Assembly: GCA_964304625.1 (NCBI GenBank)
Contig: OZ199838.1
Span: 8,949,537 to 9,013,536 of the forward strand
DNA from: Kudoa neothunni
Lineage: Eukaryota; Animalia; Cnidaria
DNA: 64,000 nucleotides
Reading direction: 5' to 3'
A model generated the notes under the pieces. It worked only from the letters and a program-made list of their open reading frames with translations, had not been told where the DNA came from and made no database searches. Both the position numbers and the translations under genes were made by a program. This document shows, in pieces, positions 63,652 through 64,000 of the stretch (positions within the stretch are counted from its first letter, which is position 1; every line of letters begins with the position of its first letter).

Positions 63652-64000
63652 ATGGGGTCCGAATTTATTTCAGGTTATATAGGAGGTAGATGTTGAAATG
63701 TTCTCAATGCACCAGTTGATATTGTTCAATTGAATCGCATTTTTAGTTTGATTCGTTCATTAATTAATATTATATTTGACAAGGTTTGACTGCAGTAGTG
63801 GTAGGGCACCCGTTTGATACTGTAAAAGTGTATATGCAGACTAAAAAGTCTAAGTTAGGTGCATATGGGACGCTGAGGGCGATCATTAGACAGGAGGGGG
63901 TAGTTTTTCACTTTAAACGAGTCCAAATAATCGACACGAGTGAATGAGTAAATTTAGGTCCGAGGACTATTCAAAGGGATGTCATCTCCACTTTTCGGGA
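63652..64000 (+). CDS. Second SLC25 carrier paralogue (partial, runs off the window)
   Basis: MGSEFISGYIGG|LTAVVVGHPFDTVKVYMQTKK...QEG|VRGLFKGMSSPLFG. It has the same two intron positions as 51171-52243, and 48 of 64 residues are identical. Confidence 0.9.

Noticed and set aside
1-64000. CRISPR arrays, rRNA, snRNA, spliced-leader RNA, alternative genetic code
   Set aside because: None seen. Intact genes translate with the standard code, and in-frame stops occur only in decayed elements and pseudogenes.

Overview
This is very AT-rich eukaryotic (animal) nuclear DNA. Genes are compact, with mostly 39-60 nt introns, and are separated by dense, decayed DNA-transposon debris (piggyBac, hAT/Buster-Charlie, pogo/Tigger, Tc1/IS630-like, MITEs, possible Helitron ends). 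The tiny introns, divergent proteins and transposon content would fit a reduced parasitic metazoan such as a myxozoan, but that is inference only. Genes assembled by hand across introns: ASRGL1-type asparaginase (with a 4.3 kb transposon-filled intron), a mitochondrial TPR protein (TTC19-like), EMC3, a secreted five-Kunitz-domain protein, and two tandem SLC25 carrier paralogues. Less obvious items: (1) a multi-exon CD39/GDA1 (NTPDase/apyrase)-fold membrane protein that lacks all apyrase catalytic motifs and needs two non-canonical splice donors; (2) a Kunitz protein with four disulfide-reduced domains and a KR-flanked C-terminal disulfide-loop peptide; (3) a dispersed repeat whose central hairpin loop occurs in both orientations; (4) a Tc1/IS630-like element whose transposase ATG lies inside both TIRs; (5) a multi-level nested transposon cluster. 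All homologies were judged by eye; no searches were run.
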